Below, one piece after another: positions 57,854 to 64,000 of a DNA stretch of 64,000 nt. Both the position numbers and the translations under genes were made by a program. Position 1 is the stretch's first letter. Every line of letters begins with the position of its first letter. Under the pieces are notes generated by a model. That model worked only from the letters and a program-made list of their open reading frames with translations, searched no databases and was not told the origin of the DNA. This stretch comes from Lobosporangium transversale (lineage: Eukaryota), in assembly GCF_002105155.1 (NCBI RefSeq), contig NW_019029022.1:186001-250000 (forward strand). The letters are read 5' to 3'.

Positions 57854-58292
57854 TAGTTATATGAATTAATTATAACTATTTTATTTTTACTTTGTATCTA
57901 CTAATCGGGACATTCTGTCGATCCACAGTTAAAAGAACCTTTGTGCAAAGCCTTAAGCTATAGGTGAGTCCACCTCACCTAGAAAGCACCACAGTCAGGC
58001 CTGTAGGCTAAGTTATAAAAGCCAAAGAACTTCTTCCTCAATAAAGTCTCCAGTTTTCCCCATACGTCTTGTTCTTGCTATTATCTTTTCCCCTTTTCAC
58101 AACAAGCATTTGCCGTCCAGGAACTCAGTTTGTGAGCTAACCTATAAAGCTCCCATCTTTCTCTTTCGGCATCCTATGGCGCTGTTTGTCGTCAAGGTTG
58201 TTTGTCATTATTTTCTCTTGTTATTCTTGTTAACACTCTTTGTAGTGTCTATCTTTTTGCCCCTTAAGCATATACACCTACTATTTACAACA
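57835..58292 (+). repeat. 3' LTR (458 bp)
   Basis: Direct repeat of 52888-53535 and 60637-61073; TG...CA ends; follows the PPT. Confidence 0.92.
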
Positions 58293-58353
58293 ATATGACA
58301 TCACGTGAATTATATAGCTTTATATAGTATTAAAAGTCACCAGTTTCAACAAT

Positions 58354-58425
58354 TCCTAGTTGGTCCAGTGGTCAGGATTTGTCGCTCTCACCGACAAGGC
58401 CCGGGTTCGATCCCCGGACTGGGAA
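58354..58425 (+). tRNA. tRNA-Glu (CTC)
   Basis: Acceptor stem TCCTAGT/ACTGGGA; D-arm TGGTCCAGTGGTCAGGA; anticodon arm TGTCG-CT-CTC-AC-CGACA; T-loop GGTTCGATCC; T-run terminator downstream. Confidence 0.95.
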
Positions 58426-58440
58426 TCATATTTTAATCTA

Positions 58441-59705
58441 GGATAGCGATTTTTTTTTTTTTTGAAAAAAGATATTTGCACGGGCCCGTACAAATATTTA
58501 AAAAATCTATTTGCACTGCCCCGTACACACCTTATTTACACCGCTCCCCCCGTGCAAATAAAAAAAAGTTATTTGCACGGGGGGTCTTTTTTTTTATTTG
58601 TACGGGGTCTTTATTTTAGCCCTAAACACCATAACCAGGAAGCCTTCCATGACACAGGCTTAGATCTAGAGCCGCTGCCTAAGCATCAAATACTGACCAG
58701 AATATCTTATCAAGTTCGTATGTAGCTCAGAGTAGATGTTGGCATTCTTTATGCGACTGGGACTAAATACAGAATTACAAATGATTTATCTATAGTTGAA
58801 ATATACTATGCAGCTTTACTTTGCACTTTTGTTGGTTGCATTGTTATGGTTCCCCGATGCTTTCTTTCATTTAACGCGTGCATACATCTTAGGTATTTCC
58901 GTACACTATTAAGCACACAACGATGAATTCAGTTATTAGGAATCTCTAACGTGTAGTTTGTGTCGGTAGATGTACAACCAATCATACTACCATACTCATT
59001 GCTATGATGCATAGCGCGCCATGTTACTAGTCTCTTTCTTTTCTCTTAGATGTCCTTATCTCTGTCGTCCTTTATTAAGAACTCAAGCGCCCTCGGTACT
59101 ATTTTGTTTATCAAATTCATCAAAATACAATGGGTAGACCTCAGCTTATTTTGTGGAATATCTATCCTCTTACCCGATATTACTTGTCTTTTGATAGTTG
59201 GTGACAGTTCGCACTCAAAGCCGAACGTGCACAATCACCTATATCTCTATATCTAAGTGGCTAAAATATATTACATACATAGTAAGTTATATCAATTAGG
59301 TTAAAACATTGCACCAACTAAGAAGGAGGACAAAGAGAGGGTTCTTGTCTGCCCCACGTGAGTGGTAATTTAAATCATCGTATACGCTATATGGGTCTAA
59401 TGGTAGTATTTTTGTATGTCACAAATGAGCTGTTTGGCAGCTCCCACGGCGCTGCAACTTCCACCAGTAATAATTCCAGACCCCTCTCTACTCTAGACTC
59501 ACCTCCACTTATTTATATAAAGCCAGAATCATGTAGTCTGTAGGATACACGTTGCTGCTTGTAGATGAAAAAGAGACCCCGTGCAAATAACTTTTTTTTT
59601 ATTTGTACGGGGGGAGCAGTGTAAATAGAGGTACGGGGCAGTGCAAATAATTTTTTTTATAAGTAAAAATTTATTTGCACGGGGGCCGTACAAATAACTT
59701 CATCC
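58441..59705. mobile_element. Foldback/MITE-like non-autonomous element with ~130-bp inverted arms of reiterated TATTTG(C/T)ACGGG motifs
   Basis: 58468-58595 is the reverse complement of ~59570-59700. Outer GGAT...ATCC ends. No TSD was identified. Confidence 0.7.
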
Positions 59706-59719
59706 TTTTTTTTTTTTTT

Positions 59720-60253
59720 GGATTAATCTATTTGGCAGCCCATTGCCAAATATAATCAACTTTCAAGACTCTCTTTGGCAGCCCAGTTGCCAAATAATAT
59801 TCATTATTTACTTGGCAACCTACCCAGCGTTATTTGGCCTCTAACTATTTTTTTTTTTTTTTTTTTTTTTTTTCATTCCTAGGAACCGTATATGTGTATA
59901 ACGCTCATACTTTAAATTAATAAAGCTCCCATCTTCTACGTCATGGTTATGTGTAGTGACATTGTCTTGTCTCATTGAAAACTAATGACTTTTTTTTTCA
60001 AGTAGGTCGCTCATAAAGTTTTGGAGGTGCCATTTGGAGATCAATGCCTATGAGAGGTTTTCGCTCGGAGCAAACGCGTCTCACCTGCTACCTAGACGTC
60101 TTCAATAAATCATTCCTTAACCGTGTACATTGAAGGCTGTTTTGTGAAGATGTCATCGCCGCTGCCCTTAGTACCTCCGGCGGCATTAGCTGTGCAAGGC
60201 AATGTATCCACAGAACGCTGCCTGTTTTACCACTGATGTTATGACCCTGTTAT

Positions 60254-60288
<35 letters not shown>

Positions 60289-60434
60289 TGTATTTGGCAG
60301 CCCAGCTGCCACCCAAGAGTGCGAAGTTAAGTGGCAGCCCCCAGAAGTAGGCTGCCAAATAGAGGCAAAAATTACTATAATTGGTATGGGCTGCCAAATA
60401 ATATTTAGCAACTGGGCTGCCAATTATGTTATCT
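59720..60434. mobile_element. Second foldback/MITE-like element with reiterated ATTTGGCAGCCC motifs in inverted arms
   Basis: Left arm TTTGGCAGCCCAGTTGCCAAATA is inverted relative to right arm TATTTAGCAACTGGGCTGCCAA. The motif is repeated several times at each end. Confidence 0.6.
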
Positions 60435-60636
60435 GTGAGTATAATGTGAGTATAACTTGTAACAATGAAGATATTAAGGTATTAAAAAGAAAAAAGAATA
60501 TTTTTAACATTTTTATTATTCGCGTCATTGAGATAATGATTCAACGTATAGCCCGTTCCATTTGGTCGCGATCCCTTATATTTTTTGAATACTTTTAAAT
60601 GTATTGGCAGCCAATTGACTCGCTTGTTATTGCAAG

Positions 60637-61073
60637 TGGTGTGACTGGTCATTAAAATTAATTTCAGTTTATTTTGTATCCACTAATCTGTCGAACCAGC
60701 TTAAGGAATCTTTGCGCAAAAGCCCTTTGTAGTCATAGGCGGGTCCGCCTCACCTAGAAACTACCGAGTATAAAAGCCAAAGAAACTTCCTTCTTAATAA
60801 AGTCTTCAGTTTTCCCCAAATGTCTTATTCTTCACCTGCAGTTCATCTTGCCATTTATCTTTTTCCCCTTTTCACAACAAGCATTTGTCTTCCGGTAACT
60901 CAGTTTGTGAGCTCACCTATAAAGCTCCCATCTTTTGACATTCTATGGTGCTGTTTGTAGTCAAGGTTATTTGACTCTATTTTCTCTTGTTAATCTTGTT
61001 GACACCCTTTGTCCTGCCTTTTCCTGATTGTGTCTATCTTTCTGTCCCTTAAGCAAAGATATTTTTTACAACA
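60637..61073 (+). repeat. Solo LTR of the same family as the 52.9-58.3 kb gypsy element
   Basis: Aligns over its length with the 3' LTR (CTGGTCATTAA, CCTCACCTAGAAA, AATAAAGTCTTCAGTTTTCCCC, ...TTTACAACA). Confidence 0.88.
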
Positions 61074-61614
61074 ATGCCACCAAACCAATTTATTATGATT
61101 AAGATATGTGGGGTCTATATGTTGTCTAAATAGTCCTCCCCATAAAAAAACACCATCTAGACCAAGCATAGAAATAAAGAGATTAGTCAAGAAAGCACTG
61201 TCGAGCTAATACTTACAACTTTTTCAAGACGAAGGCCTTTCCCGACCTAGTCATGTTTGTAGTAGCTCATGAAAAATTTTAGACAGACAAATAGTAACCA
61301 GGGAGCAGAAGTGAGAATAGGATGTGGATTCACACACCACATCCATGGGGCATTTATCCAAATTTGTATCAAAATAAAACTGCAAGTTTGTCTCGGGCAC
61401 CACACCATGGGGCATAGAGCTGTTAGTATGTCTGTATTATAAATTTTCATGTAACACGTGTACTGTGAAATATGCAACTGATCATATCCTATTGTTGTTG
61501 CCGGCTTGGTGTCTTTCCTCCCCATGGATTCAAAGAAGGCTATTTTGGTATCTCGAATTTGGACTCAACCTGTCAGTGAGCATTGGTGCAACGCATATAA
61601 GGCACACAGGCTGT

Positions 61615-62229
61615 TGACGAGCCTACTTCTCACCTTCACCGTTTGACGCAGGTCAGGGTTGTGACGGTCTAGCGAAGAAAACGTAAGGGCATTAACAATA
61701 CCAGGATCGCATTAGACGGTAGTTGTGGTATTTGCAGATGAGCATCGCCCTAGCTCATGGAATATGAGTCCAACGTTTTCAAGAAGTTTGGGGCTCCTCT
61801 TCCAGTTTATGTTTGCGTAGTCTTCATCTGTCAGGTCTTCACCGGCTGCCTTTAAAACACGCCGTGTTAAGGAATCCTTGAGAAAGTTTCAATTCCTGGC
61901 TGAGATCTTCTTCATCTACGTCAGACTGCTGCTGTCTCTTCGTCTGGACTGTGTCATAGGCAAGTGGATTCAGAACAAGGCCATTGGTAAAATCGTTCCT
62001 TTGAGTTTGAGCCGAGTTATACCTTTGTCTTGTGCCTGTAGGGGTACCTTGTCTTGATAGCCATGAAACATGCGATCTCCTTCAATGTCACAAAGAGAGC
62101 CTGTATCTAGACCTCTTTTGTTCCCTGTACACATTCAAACACTGCAGCCTTGGAAGGATTGTCGAGAGGATGTCAGTTAGGACGTGTTCAGACAGATACA
62201 CATACCGAGGGGGGACGTAAGGAAGTCTG
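61615..62229 (-). pseudogene. Second, inverted and decayed Fanzor fragment
   Basis: The reverse complement aligns to ~51390-52030 (GGTATGTGTATCTGTCTGAACAC, CAGACGAAGAGACAGCAGCAGTCTGACGTAGATGAAGAAGA, TGCGATCCTGGTATTGTTAA). A stop codon lies two codons before the RuvC-I Asp. Confidence 0.85.
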
Positions 62230-62817
62230 TTTTTTTTTTTTTTTTTTTTTTTTCATTTCTTGTTGATTGTCATGGCGAAGGCTTGGTGGTGGTGGCAGTG
62301 GTGGTGGTAGTAGCAGATCCACAAAAAGGAAATTTTCAGATGAAGGAGGAGGAGGAGTAGAGGGATCAAGACCACCGAAAGGACCTTTGCTGGGTCCAGG
62401 AGGAGGGGGAGAGACAAGCCGGCAACAACAGTAGGACACAATCTACTACAAACATGACTAGGTCCAGAAAGGCCTTCGTCTTAAAAAAATTGTAAGTATT
62501 GGCTCGATATACTTTTTTTTCTTGGTTAATTTATTTATTTATTTATTTCTGTGTTCTAATACATTTCTTCTTTTTACAATAGATGGAATGTCTCGTTTTT
62601 TAATGGGACGGACTATATGTTGATTTTACCCCCTATTGTCCAGTAGGAGAACAAGAAAAAACGTTGACTATCCCCCCTTTATTTTATTTTTTTTTTTTTG
62701 ACGCGAAATTGTAAAGTTCTTTTGATTTTGAAAACCAGTGTCCGCAAATTATCAAGAAAAAACATTGGTGAGAGTTGGTCATGCATGTTTCCAGTGACAA
62801 CAATTCGTTCTTTCCTC

Positions 62818-62850
<33 letters not shown>

Positions 62851-64000
62851 CCTTTGACTTGTGCTCAAATTCCAGCAAGTTGGATCTGTGAATGTTGGAA
62901 AGTGTATATAAACTCTTTCCCCTTTTTCTCAAACCCTCGACTGTCCGACTGTCTTAATAATTGTTTTACCAATGACGAAACTGGATCACGTTTAAAGATA
63001 CCCATTTGCTTATGGCAAAAAAGTTGATCGTCCATGAAGGTTAGCAAACTATAAAAGATCATGGCAGTATGAATTTATCATTTTTTAAAAGAGATTGACA
63101 CCAAAGCCGAGGTTTTATTATTGTCCCAAGAAATTAAGTAATGTAAATACCGCAATTGTAACAATGTAGTTTTTCTGGGCACAAGCCCTGTTATTCTGCT
63201 GGCTTGAGGTATGTAAGAATGAGAGCAAAGTTGGCTTTTTTTTGTTTTCAAACCTCGCCAAGCTTCATTGCAGCCATTTGCGCCGACAAGGTCTATTGTG
63301 AAGAAGCAGGGCTTTCTTTTTCTGGCAATCTGGCGGAGTCCTCTGTCACACATGTCACACATGTCTTGGAAACTAAGTTGTCAGGTATTAAATATTGCCG
63401 CATGTCTTGAGAAAGCAAAAAAAGAAGGCACTTTTTGCCTTTGCTCTCATCAATTGAAAGTCAACAAGAAGAAGAAGAAGAAGAAGAAGAAGAAGAAGAA
63501 GAAGAAAAGCACAGCCCTGGATGAGGAAAGGAAGGAAAAGGGAAGGAAGGACAATACCCATGGAAAACAAAGTCATCTATCATTTATCAATGATGTGTTC
63601 GGATAGCTTTTACATCTTCACTTGTAAACTGCTAAAATTAACCTGCATATCAGAACGTGGTCGATCAACTGTCCTTTTAAAAAAGGGCCTTCCCTGTCTT
63701 CACTTTTATTTTATATGGTCATTTGTGTCATTTCATTCTTTCCATTGCTTCAACCTCCCCTCAAGGATCATTCTGATCCCCTCCAAACCCTTTCTTATTC
63801 TTTCTCTCTACTTTCTCTTCCTCGCTCTCTCTCTCTCTCTCTCTCTACTCTCCTCTCTTTCTTCCTCTTTCTTGATCTTTTTTTATTTATATATATATAT
63901 ATATATAAATATAAAAAAAAAACACACACACAATCCATTGACGCTTCATTCCGCTCTGTCCCAGAGTGCCATCAATCTCTTCTCCATTTCGTTTAATTTG

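Larger units (their letters stand above)
52888..58292 (+). mobile_element. Ty3/gypsy LTR retrotransposon, near full length
   Basis: 5' LTR 52888-53535 (5'-truncated and interrupted), PBS TGGTGGAGA at 53536, gag-PR-RT-RH-IN, PPT GAGGGGGA at ~57827-57834, 3' LTR 57835-58292 (TGTTG...CAACA). Confidence 0.95.

Noticed and set aside
58468..60430. Reiterated short motifs as a CRISPR array
   Set aside because: The motifs sit in inverted arms with irregular spacing and no unique fixed-length spacers. The context is eukaryotic and fits transposon termini.

Overview
Eukaryotic, intron-rich fungal DNA with many poly-A/T tracts; gene content and style suggest an early-diverging fungus such as Mortierellaceae (inference). 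The first ~45 kb is gene-dense. It holds four type-B carboxylesterase paralogs, an ABCG half-transporter with a Cys-rich N-terminus, a bacterial-like LtrA gene, RPL28, ubiquitin-RPL40, malate dehydrogenase, a TcdA/TCD-like ThiF enzyme, RPL12, a Tlg1/syntaxin-6 SNARE, PDCD2, NUFIP1/Rsa1, the pentafunctional ARO1 and a secreted ML-domain protein. A decayed gypsy element and degenerate duplicates of neighbouring genes lie among them. The last ~17 kb is a transposon nest. The main find there is an intron-containing Fanzor/TnpB-type RNA-guided nuclease gene (~50.5-52.76 kb) that is fragmented in the ORF track. It has all three RuvC catalytic residues, a Zn finger and a C-terminal NLS-like tail, but it is frameshifted in this assembly. 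It abuts a Ty3/gypsy retrotransposon that sits ~60 bp upstream of a tRNA-Glu(CTC) gene. The nest also has a nested solo LTR, two foldback/MITE-like elements, another solo LTR and a second, inverted Fanzor relic.
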